Shown here in pieces: positions 40,065 through 49,854 of a stretch of DNA of 64,000 bases. The notes beneath the pieces were generated by a model. It saw only the letters and a list, made by a program, of their open reading frames with translations, was not told where the DNA came from and did not search any database. Source of the stretch: Spirulina sp. GTDB taxonomy: Bacteria; Cyanobacteriota; Cyanobacteriia; Phormidesmidales; Phormidesmidaceae. The stretch lies in NCBI GenBank assembly GCA_044070495.1, contig JBIPSI010000010.1, positions 32,001 through 96,000 on the forward strand. The letters are read 5' to 3'. The translations under genes and the position numbers were made by a program. Position 1 is the first letter of the stretch, and each line of letters begins with the position of its first letter.

Positions 40065-42029
40065 ATGTCTGTAGACCTTTCACCGCTAAACCGTCGTGCG
40101 TATCGTAAGCTGCTGTTGGCGATGACCCTAGAGGCCCAGCGGCTAGAGTTGCTGCTGGCGATTACCGATGATCGCAACCTGCAAGACCAGATCATCACCG
40201 CCTACGAAGCGGAACTGAAGGCCCAGGGCATGACGCCGTTGCGGGTGCGGCTAGACCCCAAACGCCCCAGCCTCCGCGCCGCCCTGCAAGACCTGACTGA
40301 CCAAACCCCAGCCCTGCAAAGCGGGGAACCCGTGGTGGTGACGGTGCTGAATGCTGGGGAACTGCTGGGGGTGCGGCTGACGGACGAAAAATCTGAGCAG
40401 GAGAAGTTTTTCTTTTCGCTGCAATGGACGCGGGAGGCGTTGCAGGCCTTTGCGTTCCCGATTGTGCTGTGGTTGCCCGATGCCATTGCCACCCGCCTAG
40501 CCCAGCAAGCCCCCGACTTTTGGAGCTGGCGCGGCGGTGTGTTTGAGTTTACCCCCGAAGCCCGCCCCATCCCCGAAGGTCAACCCGATGGCCAATTTCT
40601 GAGGCCCCTGCCCCTGCCCACGGAGGAACGGCCCCAAAGCACCATCCCCATCGCCGACCTAGAACACCAAATTGCTCAACTAGAAGCCACCGCCCCCGAT
40701 TCGCCCCTACTGATTACCCTCTACAACAATTTGGGAGAGTTTCACGCTAATCAGTACGCCTACCAACCCGCCCTAGAAGCCTACGAAAAAGCCCTCACCC
40801 TAGCCATCAGCAGAGCCGATATTCCGGGACAAGCTCGGTCTTTGTTCAACCTAGGTGATGCACTGAGGAAATGTGGGCGACCGTTGCAAGCAGTGGACTA
40901 TTACCAGCAAGCGTTGGCTCAGTATCAGCAGTTGGGTAATCGCCAGGGTGAAGGAGGGATCCTGAATCAATTAGGTAATACGTACTTTCAATTAAGCCAG
41001 TACCGCGAGGCGATTAAGTCCCATCAGCAATCTTTAGCCATTAAGCAGGAAATTAGCGACCGACATGGTGAGGGGAATGCCCTGGGGAATCTGGGCAATG
41101 CGTACCGTCTTCTGGGCCAGTACCGCGAGGCGATTGAGTTCTATCAGCAATCTTTAGCCCTCCAGCGGGAGATTGGCGACCGCCAGGGCGAGGGGAGTAC
41201 CCTAGGCAATCTGGGCAATGTGTACGATTCCCTGGGCCAGTACCGCGAGGCAATTGAGTTCTATCAGCAATCTTTAGCCATTGCGCAGGAGATTGGTGAT
41301 CGCCAGGGAGAGGGAAATGCCTTGGGCAATCTGGGCATTGCGTACGATGCTCTGGGCCAGTACCGCGAAGCGATTGAATTCCATCAGCAATCTTTAGCCA
41401 TTGCGCGGGAGATTGATGATCGCCAGGGAGAGGGAAATGCCTTGGGCAATCTGGGCCTTGCGTATGATGCTCTGGGCCAGTATCGCGAGGCGATTGAATT
41501 CCATCAGCAATCTTTAGCTATTTTTCAGGAAATTGGAGATCGCGGTGGCGAAGCAGGTTCTCTATGTAACCTCGGACTATGTCTTTATTACCTGGGCGAA
41601 TATCAGATCGCTATGAAGCATTTTCAGCAAGGCGCGACTATTGCCCATGAAATTGGCCAACGACTTTTTGAAGCTAATTCCTTATTGAACCTGGGTAATG
41701 CCCTGGCTAGGGTGGATGAAAAATGGCAGGCCCGCCAAGCCTATGAAGCCGCACGGACGCTATTCCAAGACATGGGGCTAGAGAAAGAAGTCAAAAAGTG
41801 TGATGAGGCGCTTTACAACCTAGGGCAAAAGGTGGTGGTGCAACCCAAGCCAGCCCCTACCATTGGCGCACCCAAGCCCCAACAGCCAGATTGGCTAGAA
41901 AAATCTATGCCCACCGTGGAAAGCGGGGCACCTGAGAACCGGGCGGGGCGTTTGGGGCGGGTGCCGTGGGTGGTGTGGTTTTTGGTGGGGTTGGGGTTGG
42001 CAGGGCTGCTGTGGTGGCTGGTACGGTAG
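40065..42029 (+). CDS. TPR-repeat protein with N-terminal APDFWSWR domain and C-terminal membrane anchor
   Basis: About nine 40-aa TPR units (GEGNALGNLG..Y..LGQYREAIEF.QQSLAI); terminal WVVWFLVGLGLAGLLWWLVR. Confidence 0.9.
   Translation: MSVDLSPLNRRAYRKLLLAMTLEAQRLELLLAITDDRNLQDQIITAYEAELKAQGMTPLRVRLDPKRPSLRAALQDLTDQTPALQSGEPVVVTVLNAGELLGVRLTDEKSEQEKFFFSLQWTREALQAFAFPIVLWLPDAIATRLAQQAPDFWSWRGGVFEFTPEARPIPEGQPDGQFLRPLPLPTEERPQSTIPIADLEHQIAQLEATAPDSPLLITLYNNLGEFHANQYAYQPALEAYEKALTLAISRADIPGQARSLFNLGDALRKCGRPLQAVDYYQQALAQYQQLGNRQGEGGILNQLGNTYFQLSQYREAIKSHQQSLAIKQEISDRHGEGNALGNLGNAYRLLGQYREAIEFYQQSLALQREIGDRQGEGSTLGNLGNVYDSLGQYREAIEFYQQSLAIAQEIGDRQGEGNALGNLGIAYDALGQYREAIEFHQQSLAIAREIDDRQGEGNALGNLGLAYDALGQYREAIEFHQQSLAIFQEIGDRGGEAGSLCNLGLCLYYLGEYQIAMKHFQQGATIAHEIGQRLFEANSLLNLGNALARVDEKWQARQAYEAARTLFQDMGLEKEVKKCDEALYNLGQKVVVQPKPAPTIGAPKPQQPDWLEKSMPTVESGAPENRAGRLGRVPWVVWFLVGLGLAGLLWWLVR
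40941..41560 (+). repeat. 120-bp tandem repeat array (about 5 units) encoding TPRs
   Basis: CAGTA(C/T)CGCGA..ATT recurs at 40998, 41118, 41238, 41358, 41478. Confidence 0.92.
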
Positions 42030-42391
42030 GGGTGGTTGGCTGTGTTCCTTCCTCTGGCCAAGCGCCCTAGCCAAATATCCACAATTCCCCACATCGGCCA
42101 GGGGGTTGGGGCGGGTTGCCAGACACGATGGGGGCTTAATCCGGCTATGCTAGATAAGCTTTGCGTAAAAATCCCCTCGTTATCCTGGCCTATTCCAAGA
42201 AGGGGCTAGGGGTTTTACAATAGTTCATACTAGGCGTTGTTACCGCAGCCTCACCCAAGACTCGTCGTCATGCTCGCGTGATAGAGAACCCTCTTGTACA
42301 TGGCTACCAGGGCAACCCAGAACCCGTCTGAGTCACCCTGATCAGGTGGTCGCCAGCGGCTTGTCGCACAGAATCCGGAGAAGCAGTTATT

Positions 42392-44482
42392 ATGCCCACG
42401 AAAGATCTCACCCGTTACCGAAATATTGGTATCTTCGCCCACGTAGACGCGGGCAAAACCACCACCACCGAACGTATCCTGGCCCTGACTGGACGCATCC
42501 ATAAAATCGGTGAAGTGCACGATGGTGCCGCCACCACCGACTTCATGGAGCAGGAGCAAGAACGGGGGATCACCATTCAGTCGGCGGCTACCACCTGCTT
42601 CTGGAAAGAGCACCAGTTCAACGTGATCGACACACCGGGTCACGTAGACTTCACCATTGAGGTGTATCGCTCCCTTAAGGTGCTGGACGGCGGCATCGGT
42701 GTGTTCTGTGGCTCCGGCGGTGTGGAACCCCAGTCGGAAACCAACTGGCGCTACGCCAACGACTCCAAGGTGGCGCGGATCATCTACGTCAACAAGCTCG
42801 ACCGGATTGGGGCCAACTTCTACAAAGTGGTAGATCAGGTCAAGAACGTGCTGGCGGCTCAGCCCCTGGTGATGGTGCTGCCCATCGGCACCGAAAACGA
42901 CTTTGTGGGCGTGGTCGATCTGCTCACCCGCAAGGCTTGGGTGTGGGACGATTCCGGCAAGCCTGAAAACTACGAAATCACCGACGTACCTGCCGACATG
43001 GTGGATCAGGTCGAGGAATATCGGGATGCCCTGGTGGAACTCGCCGTGGAGCAAGATGACGAGATCCTGGAAAAATATCTAGAAGGCGAAGAAATCTCCA
43101 TCGATGAGATCAAGGCTTGCATTCGCAAGGGCACCCGCGAACTGGCCTTCTTCCCCACCTACTGCGGTTCCTCCTTCAAGAACAAGGGCGTGCAACTGGT
43201 GCTGGATGCCGTGGTGGATTACCTGCCCAGCCCCACGGAAGTGCCTCCCCAGCCGGAAATTGACCTGGAAGGCAACCCCACGGGCGGCTATGCCTATGTG
43301 GATCCGGAGAAGCCCCTCCGCGCCCTGGCCTTCAAGATCATGGACGACCGTTTCGGTGCCCTCACCTTTACCCGGCTCTATTCGGGTCAAGTCAAAAAAG
43401 GCGACACCATCCTCGACACCGCCACGGGCAAAACCGAGCGGATCAGCCGGATTGTGGAAATGCACGCCAACGACCGGGAAGAGGTGGAATCGGCCCAGGC
43501 GGGCGACATTGTGGCCCTGATCGGCATGAAAAACGTGCAGACTGGCCACACCCTCGCCGATCCCAAAAACCCTGCCACCCTAGAACCGATGGTCTTCCCC
43601 GATCCGGTGATCTCCATCGCGGTGGCCCCCAAGAAGAAGGGCGACAACGAGAAAATGGGTATGGCCATCAGCAAGATGGTGCAAGAAGATCCCTCCTTCC
43701 AGGTGGAAACCGACGAGGAAAGCGGCGAGGTCATCCTCAAGGGGATGGGCGAACTGCACCTAGACATTAAGGTGGACATCCTCAAGCGCACCCACGGCGT
43801 GGAAGTGGAAGTGGGCAAACCCCAGGTGGCCTACCGCGAATCCATCACCAAGGTGCTGAACGACGGCTACGTCCACAAGAAGCAGTCCGGGGGTTCCGGT
43901 CAGTACGCCAAGATCGACTACATCGTCGAACCGGGCGAACCCGGCACCGGGTTTGTGTTCGAGTCCAAGGTCACGGGCGGTAACGTGCCCCGCGAATTCT
44001 GGCCTGCGGTACAGAAGGGCTTTGAAACCAGCATCGACAAAGGGCCGCTGGCGGGCTACCCCGTGGTAGACCTCAAAGTCACCCTCACCGATGGCGGCTT
44101 CCACCCCGTAGACTCTTCGGCCATCGCCTTTGAAATTGCGGCCAAGGCGGCCTACCGTCAGTCCTTGCCCAAGGCTGGCCCCCAACTGCTGGAGCCCGTG
44201 ATGAAGGTGGACGTTTTCACCCCCGAAGACTACATGGGCGACGTGATCGGTGACCTCAACCGTCGGCGCGGCATGATCAAGTCCCAGGATCCCACCCTGA
44301 CCGGGGTGCGGGTAAAGGCTGATGTGCCCCTGAGCGAAATGTTCGGCTACATCGGCGACCTGCGGACGATGACCTCCGGGCGCGGCCAGTTCTCCATGGA
44401 GTTCTCCCACTACGCCCCCTGCCCCGCTAACGTGGCAGAAACGGTGATCAAGGAAGCCAAGGAACGCCAAGCGGCCTCCTAA
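42392..44482 (+). CDS. fusA2: Second elongation factor G paralog
   Basis: [34 protein letters not shown]; clearly diverged from the str-operon copy. Confidence 0.95.
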   Translation: MPTKDLTRYRNIGIFAHVDAGKTTTTERILALTGRIHKIGEVHDGAATTDFMEQEQERGITIQSAATTCFWKEHQFNVIDTPGHVDFTIEVYRSLKVLDGGIGVFCGSGGVEPQSETNWRYANDSKVARIIYVNKLDRIGANFYKVVDQVKNVLAAQPLVMVLPIGTENDFVGVVDLLTRKAWVWDDSGKPENYEITDVPADMVDQVEEYRDALVELAVEQDDEILEKYLEGEEISIDEIKACIRKGTRELAFFPTYCGSSFKNKGVQLVLDAVVDYLPSPTEVPPQPEIDLEGNPTGGYAYVDPEKPLRALAFKIMDDRFGALTFTRLYSGQVKKGDTILDTATGKTERISRIVEMHANDREEVESAQAGDIVALIGMKNVQTGHTLADPKNPATLEPMVFPDPVISIAVAPKKKGDNEKMGMAISKMVQEDPSFQVETDEESGEVILKGMGELHLDIKVDILKRTHGVEVEVGKPQVAYRESITKVLNDGYVHKKQSGGSGQYAKIDYIVEPGEPGTGFVFESKVTGGNVPREFWPAVQKGFETSIDKGPLAGYPVVDLKVTLTDGGFHPVDSSAIAFEIAAKAAYRQSLPKAGPQLLEPVMKVDVFTPEDYMGDVIGDLNRRRGMIKSQDPTLTGVRVKADVPLSEMFGYIGDLRTMTSGRGQFSMEFSHYAPCPANVAETVIKEAKERQAAS

Positions 44483-44622
44483 CTCCATAAACCTAACGGC
44501 TGGGGGTAACTCCAGCCGCTCTTTTGTCTACCGATTGTTTGTCTCCGGAATCTCTGCGCCCTGGTCAAGCTTTGGCTAGGGCGTTTTGTTACTTTAGAGT
44601 CAGCGCTATTGAAGGCATCGCC

Positions 44623-45303
44623 ATGACGGCCACCTTTTCCGCCCCCACGGTTCACAATCATCCCCTTCAGACCTGGCACCCCGCCACCTGGGAGGATTAC
44701 CTTGCCCTGCGGGACGATCCTAGTGACGAACGAATCCGATTGGCCTTTAACGAAGGATGGTTGTGGATACTGATGGGCGCAGAGGGCATGAATCACGCTT
44801 CCGTGAGCGACTTATTCACGATAATGATTGGCTTCTGGGCCATGCAGCATCCCGATCAGGTGTTTAGCTCCTTCGGTCGCTGCCTGTTGGAACAGCCTGG
44901 AACCCGTGCCAGTGCGCCGGATTTGGTGCTCTACATCGGGCCAGATTATCCCCAATGGCAGCCGGGGGAATCCCGCCGCATTGACCTGACCCAGCACCCT
45001 GTTCCTGCCCTGGTGGGGGAAATTGCCGACACCACCCTAGCCACGGATTTGGACGAGAAAAAGCACCTCTATGCCGCCCTGGGTATTCCTGAATATTGGG
45101 TGATCGACGTGCAGGGCCGACGGGTATTTGCCTTTGCGCTGCAAGACAACGGCACCTATCAATCCTGCGATACCTCCCACGCCCTGGCGGATCTGTCCAT
45201 CGCATGGCTCACCGAAGCCCTAGAACGCCTTGCCCATAGCAGCAACACCCACGTTGCCACCTGGTTTGGCCAGCAAATCGCCACCCTCACCCAACCCCAG
45301 TAG
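44623..45303 (+). CDS. Uma2-family endonuclease-like protein
   Basis: ATWEDY, APDL, GEIADTTL.TDLDEKKHLYA.LGIPEYWVID. Confidence 0.92.
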   Translation: MTATFSAPTVHNHPLQTWHPATWEDYLALRDDPSDERIRLAFNEGWLWILMGAEGMNHASVSDLFTIMIGFWAMQHPDQVFSSFGRCLLEQPGTRASAPDLVLYIGPDYPQWQPGESRRIDLTQHPVPALVGEIADTTLATDLDEKKHLYAALGIPEYWVIDVQGRRVFAFALQDNGTYQSCDTSHALADLSIAWLTEALERLAHSSNTHVATWFGQQIATLTQPQ

Positions 45304-45389
45304 CCCAACGTAGCCCAAGCACCCTATCTGCCGCTGGGCTAGGATGAAAAGGCTGACAACATCCCAAAATTCCTGTTCTTTGCGTGATA

Positions 45390-45575
45390 ATGGCCGAAAC
45401 AATCCCCCTGCTCTGGTTGCCGATGTTTTTCCATTGCCTGATTGGCCTCGTGGCGGCTCAGGTGGCCTTTCGCAAAGGATACGACCTCGGTATTTGGCTG
45501 TTGTGGGGCACCCTCGGCGGCACGGCGGCTCTGATCGATGCCCTGCGGCGACCTCGCCATGGCACGACAGCTTGA
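45390..45575 (+). CDS. Small membrane protein
   Basis: 61 aa, two hydrophobic helices with an A..KGY...WLLWG..GG pattern. Confidence 0.6.
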   Translation: MAETIPLLWLPMFFHCLIGLVAAQVAFRKGYDLGIWLLWGTLGGTAALIDALRRPRHGTTA

Positions 45576-45686
45576 CGATGACTCGGTAGTTAGGGACGGG
45601 CGGCGGGTAATTGCCTGATGCCCGTACTGCTATGTTGGGGGCTGTTGGGGGCTGTGGTTTCAAGCTATGCCCCATAACCTACGACA

Positions 45687-46676
45687 TTAGACTTGGTGAT
45701 CGGGTTCTAGGCGGCAGGGGTATTGGTCGTCGCCCGTTTCGATTTGTAGGGTGGCGTGGTCAATCTCGAAATGGTGATGGAGGTCGTCGCTGACCTGGGC
45801 CAAAAAGCTGTCCCCTGGGCTACCTGTGGGCATCACCAAATGGGCGGTGAGGGCGGTTTCGGTGGTGCTCATGGCCCAAATGTGGAGATCGTGAACCGTG
45901 GCGACACCGGGTAATTCCTGCAAGAAGGTACGCACCGCCAGGGGTTCGATGTGTTTGGGCACCCGATCCAGAATCAACCCCAGCGCATCCCGAAACAGTT
46001 GCCAGGTGCCGACCACAATCACCACCACAATCACCAGGCTGATGGCTGGATCGAACCAAAGCCAGCCCGTCAGCAAAATTGCCACCCCCGCCAGCACCAC
46101 CCCCACCGAAACCAAGGCATCGGCGGCCATGTGCAAAAAGGCTCCGCGAATGTTGAGGTCGTGCTGGCTACCGGACAAAAACAGCAGGGCGGTGAGGGTG
46201 TTGATCACGATGCCCACTCCCGCCACCCAAATCAGGGTCATCCCCGGTACTGGGGTGGGGTCTTGCAGTCGGCGCAGGGCTTCCCAGGCAATGCCCCCAA
46301 CGGCCAAAAGCAGCAGCATCGCGTTCATCAAGGCCGCTAGGATGGGGGTGCGTCGCAGGCCGTAGGTATAGGTGGGGCTGGGGGGACGTTGGGCCAAATA
46401 ACTGGCTCCCCAGGCCAGGATAAGCCCCAGCACGTCGCTGAGGTTGTGGCCTGCATCCGCCAGTAGCGCCAGGGATTGGCTGACCCAGCCAAAGGCCGCT
46501 TCCAGAATCACAAAACCTAGGTTGAGGACGATGCCGATCTGAAAGGCACGGGTGAAGTTTTTGGGGGTAGGGTGATGGTGTCCATGGTGGTCGGGGCGGT
46601 GGGGGCGGCTGTGATCGTGCCCATGATCGTGACCGTGACCGGAATGGCTGGCGTGGGAGTGACTGTGGTGAATCAA
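45687..46676 (-). CDS. Cation diffusion facilitator (CzcD/ZitB-like) with His-rich N-terminus
   Basis: SLALLADAGHNLSD, NIRGAFLHMAAD, VHDLHIW, HATLQIE; TTG start at 46676 after GAGGTG. Confidence 0.93.
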   Translation of the reverse strand: MIHHSHSHASHSGHGHDHGHDHSRPHRPDHHGHHHPTPKNFTRAFQIGIVLNLGFVILEAAFGWVSQSLALLADAGHNLSDVLGLILAWGASYLAQRPPSPTYTYGLRRTPILAALMNAMLLLLAVGGIAWEALRRLQDPTPVPGMTLIWVAGVGIVINTLTALLFLSGSQHDLNIRGAFLHMAADALVSVGVVLAGVAILLTGWLWFDPAISLVIVVVIVVGTWQLFRDALGLILDRVPKHIEPLAVRTFLQELPGVATVHDLHIWAMSTTETALTAHLVMPTGSPGDSFLAQVSDDLHHHFEIDHATLQIETGDDQYPCRLEPDHQV

Positions 46677-46861
46677 AAAACACCTCACGGGAAAGTATCG
46701 GGACGCTCTGACCAGATCAACATGGCCCAAGGCCAGAACCTCGGCCAGCACGACCAGCCCTCTGGGCACATCCCGGCCTGTCTCACGTATCTTTTGAGTG
46801 TAGAGCAGGGTAGGGTTGAGGAATACCCGTAAGTTACGTTTCAGCAACGTTGGCAATGGAC

Positions 46862-47110
46862 ATGATTACCGTTACGGTGAAGCTGTTTTCGATTTATCAA
46901 GAAGCCTATGGGGTGCCGGAGGTGCAGTGGACATTTCCGCCCCAAAGCCCGGTGCGAGCGGTGCTAGATCGTGCCTTGGCCGACCATCCCCGGTTAGAAC
47001 CCTGGCGTGCTCAAACTCGCCTGGGCCTGAATCTGCAATTTGTTGAGGCCGATACCCCCCTCGCCCCAGGGGATGAGGTGGTGCTGATTCCGCCGGTGAG
47101 TGGTGGGTAG
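46862..47110 (+). CDS. moaD: Molybdopterin converting factor small subunit (MoaD/ThiS)
   Basis: C-terminal GDEVVLIPPVSGG. Confidence 0.9.
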   Translation: MITVTVKLFSIYQEAYGVPEVQWTFPPQSPVRAVLDRALADHPRLEPWRAQTRLGLNLQFVEADTPLAPGDEVVLIPPVSGG

Positions 47111-47279
47111 CCAAAGGCGGCTGGAACGGAACTCTCGGCCTCAAGATCACGATGTCAGACGTGAACTTCTCTATCCTTGGCAGGCGTTCCTGCGGCTATG
47201 GTTGGCGCTGAGGACGTTTGCTAAGGGGCCTGGATGGGAATGCTAGATCGGTGCCCTATGGGGCCGGTCATGTCCCTCT

Positions 47280-48437
47280 GTGAGTCCTATGGATCAGCGT
47301 TCCCCGTCGCCGTCGCTCTCTCCGCAGTCCCCGTTCCCAGCTACCGCCTCCAAGCACCACCCTGCTTCCTTGACTCGATCCCTAGGCCAGTCTTCTAGCC
47401 CTAGACCGCTCCCCCGCTCTACCCAAGATTTAATTCGACGACTGCGGCTGAAGGTAGCGGAAGCCTTGCCGGAGCAACTGCCCCTCGATTTTTCCGTGGC
47501 CATCTGTACCTACAACGGTGAGCATCGCCTACCGGAGGTGCTCAAAGGATTGCTGTGGCAACTGCAAGGTCAACCCCTGGCCTGGGAAGTGATTGTGGTA
47601 GACAACAACAGTACCGATGGCACTGCCGCCGTGGTGGAATCCATGCGGGCGCAGTGGCCCCGCGACATTCCCCTACGCTATGCCTTTGAGCCGCAGCAAG
47701 GGGCAAGTTTTGCCCGCCAGCAGGCCATTCAAATCGCCCGTAGCCCGCTGGTGGGGTTCTTAGACGATGACAATATTCCCTCTTTGTTGTGGGTGATCAA
47801 TGCCTACAAATTTGGCCATACCCACCCCGAAGCCGCCGCCTACGGTAGCCGCATTCAGGGCAATTTCGAGGCCAGTCCGCCGCCGCATTTTGAACGCATC
47901 GCCGCCCTGTTGGCCCTAACAGAGCGGGGATCGCAACCCCTAATCTATCGCCCCGAACGAAAGGTGCTACCCCCCGGAGCGGGGCTAGTGGTGAAGCGCC
48001 AGGCTTGGTTAGATACGGTGCCCCCGGTGCTCTCCCTGGGAACAGCGATTGGGGATCGGGCGGCGGGGGAGGATCTGGAGGTCGTGCTATACATGCAGCG
48101 CCAGGGCTGGGAGATTTGGTACAACCCGGCCATGCGCGTGAGCCACAACATTCCGGCCCATCGCCTTCAGCGAGACTACCTGATTCGTCTATGCCGAGGC
48201 ATCGGCCTCAGCCGCCACCGCACCCGAATGTTGAGTGTGCCACCTTGGCAGCGCCCACTGATGACGCCCCTTTACATGGCCAACGATGGGCGAAAGATTC
48301 TGCGTCATCTGCTTCGCCATCGGCAGCAGGTGATGACTGACACCGTGACCGCCTGTGAAATGACGCTCTACCTATACAGCCTAGCCAGTCCCTTTTATAT
48401 GGCTTGGCGACGGTGGAGAAACCCAGGCCAGCCCTAG
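47280..48437 (+). CDS. hpsE: GT2 glycosyltransferase, HpsE-like (hormogonium polysaccharide)
   Basis: VAICTYNG, VVDNNSTD, GFLDDDN, LPPGAGLVV, GIGLSR..TRM; start uncertain. Confidence 0.8.
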   Translation: MSPMDQRSPSPSLSPQSPFPATASKHHPASLTRSLGQSSSPRPLPRSTQDLIRRLRLKVAEALPEQLPLDFSVAICTYNGEHRLPEVLKGLLWQLQGQPLAWEVIVVDNNSTDGTAAVVESMRAQWPRDIPLRYAFEPQQGASFARQQAIQIARSPLVGFLDDDNIPSLLWVINAYKFGHTHPEAAAYGSRIQGNFEASPPPHFERIAALLALTERGSQPLIYRPERKVLPPGAGLVVKRQAWLDTVPPVLSLGTAIGDRAAGEDLEVVLYMQRQGWEIWYNPAMRVSHNIPAHRLQRDYLIRLCRGIGLSRHRTRMLSVPPWQRPLMTPLYMANDGRKILRHLLRHRQQVMTDTVTACEMTLYLYSLASPFYMAWRRWRNPGQP

Positions 48438-48465
48438 GCAGAGGGGGGCTTTCGCAGGCCGATGA

Positions 48466-49680
48466 TCACTCGGCTCCGGATGATTCTTCAGACTCCGAGG
48501 GGGCCTCGTTGGGGGGTGGAGGCGTCGCCTCATCCTCGGCCCGCTTCAGAATGGAATCGGTGGTGACACAGTCGTCATCGCTGTACAGCACCTTAACCAC
48601 AGCTCGATAGAGTGTGCCCATGGCTAGGGGGGTTTCGGAGTTAGCCGCTAGGGTTTGCAGGGTCTGGGCCGCCGATTGATTCAGAAAAGAATAGCCCGTA
48701 CTTTTTAAGACCGTGGTGGAAATCGTCACCGTGTCGGCCTCTTCCCCTGGTAGCAGCACAAATCCTAAAAGGCCATCGCCCGGTTCCGGGGTGAGGCAGA
48801 TCCGCAGATCGTAGGGCACCTCCACCGCAAAGGTATCCTCGGCCAAGACGGGGTCTTCGTCCAACTGCTCAGCAACGGTGCTCGTCCAGCTTGCCAGGGC
48901 ACGTTCGGCCTCATCGGCGGTCGTGAGGTCGCGGCTATACTCCACCCGTGCGATCAGGTCTTGGGAACGCGCCACCTCGGGCGGCACCTCCTCCGATGGA
49001 TCGCGATCATCCAGGGAAGCCGAGGTATCCTCTGTGGCCCTTTCCCCCTCCCTAGGGCGCAGATCCGCCGCGCTGGGTTCGCGGGGGGGGGATGTCGTCG
49101 CCGTAGGGGTAGAGGCGGCGGTGTTGTTTCCTTCATCTTCTGCGGATATTCCCTCTGGGTTATCCGGATCGGGGCGGGGTAGGCGGCTGCCAGAGGGGGG
49201 CGGAATCACGATGGAATTGCGCCCCAGACGAGACGGGAAGGGGCTAACCGCAAGGGGAGCACCCAAGGGAGACTGGGAGGTTGGCAGCCGGGGGACAGAA
49301 CTGAGCCCCCCCGGTAAAGGGGTAAAGGACGGACTGCTCAAGCGATCCCCGGAGGGCGGAAACAGGTTGGCTAGGTTGTTGCTGTCCCCAGATAAAAAGC
49401 CGTCGGGCAAGAGAGAATAGGCCGGGCTGTCGAAGTCGGGCAGCCGACTCTGCTCTTCTGGGGTGAGTTCAATCATGGGCACCCGACGTTCGATGTCCTG
49501 CCCAAATTCCGGTGATTCTTGGGCCATCCCCTGCAAGGTTGAAAACGATGGCCCCACGGCAAACAACGCCCCATGGAAGCCCACAGACACAATAGCTGCC
49601 ACCCACTGGGGCTGACGCAAAACGGCAGGCACCCCTTTGAGTACCGCTGGGTTGATGGGTAGCCCTTTCAACAATTTCAT
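48466..49680 (-). CDS. TonB-like protein (TM anchor, Pro-rich linker, TonB-C-like domain)
   Basis: SVGFHGAL anchor (S-x3-H), Pro/Ser-rich linker, LKSTGYSFLNQSA. Confidence 0.55.
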   Translation of the reverse strand: MKLLKGLPINPAVLKGVPAVLRQPQWVAAIVSVGFHGALFAVGPSFSTLQGMAQESPEFGQDIERRVPMIELTPEEQSRLPDFDSPAYSLLPDGFLSGDSNNLANLFPPSGDRLSSPSFTPLPGGLSSVPRLPTSQSPLGAPLAVSPFPSRLGRNSIVIPPPSGSRLPRPDPDNPEGISAEDEGNNTAASTPTATTSPPREPSAADLRPREGERATEDTSASLDDRDPSEEVPPEVARSQDLIARVEYSRDLTTADEAERALASWTSTVAEQLDEDPVLAEDTFAVEVPYDLRICLTPEPGDGLLGFVLLPGEEADTVTISTTVLKSTGYSFLNQSAAQTLQTLAANSETPLAMGTLYRAVVKVLYSDDDCVTTDSILKRAEDEATPPPPNEAPSESEESSGAE

Positions 49681-49854
49681 CGTGACCCTTGACCCTCGCC
49701 AACCGGCTGAATCTTTGATAATCGCGAACCCACCTATCCAATCGTGGATGGCGGAGTGCTCCATCTAGAGACTAAACACCCCTGGCTAGGTTCCTGCCCT
49801 AGCCTAGCGAATCGGAAGCCCCTTTGGGGTTAGATTTGTGGCTAACCGTGGCGT

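Noticed and set aside
40941..41560. CRISPR array or diversity-generating retroelement
   Set aside because: Repeats are contiguous, in-frame coding units without unique spacers; no cas gene, reverse transcriptase or separate template repeat in the window.
42251..44488. Long antisense ORFs opposite fusA2 (likewise opposite groEL, adhE and the hydrolase)
   Set aside because: Expected shadows of GC-biased codon usage in conserved genes.
46677..46856. N-terminal extension of the CDF ORF (similarly groES, chlD, lysozyme, Uma2, DUF4333)
   Set aside because: ORF-caller extensions; better starts at RBS or family boundaries lie downstream.
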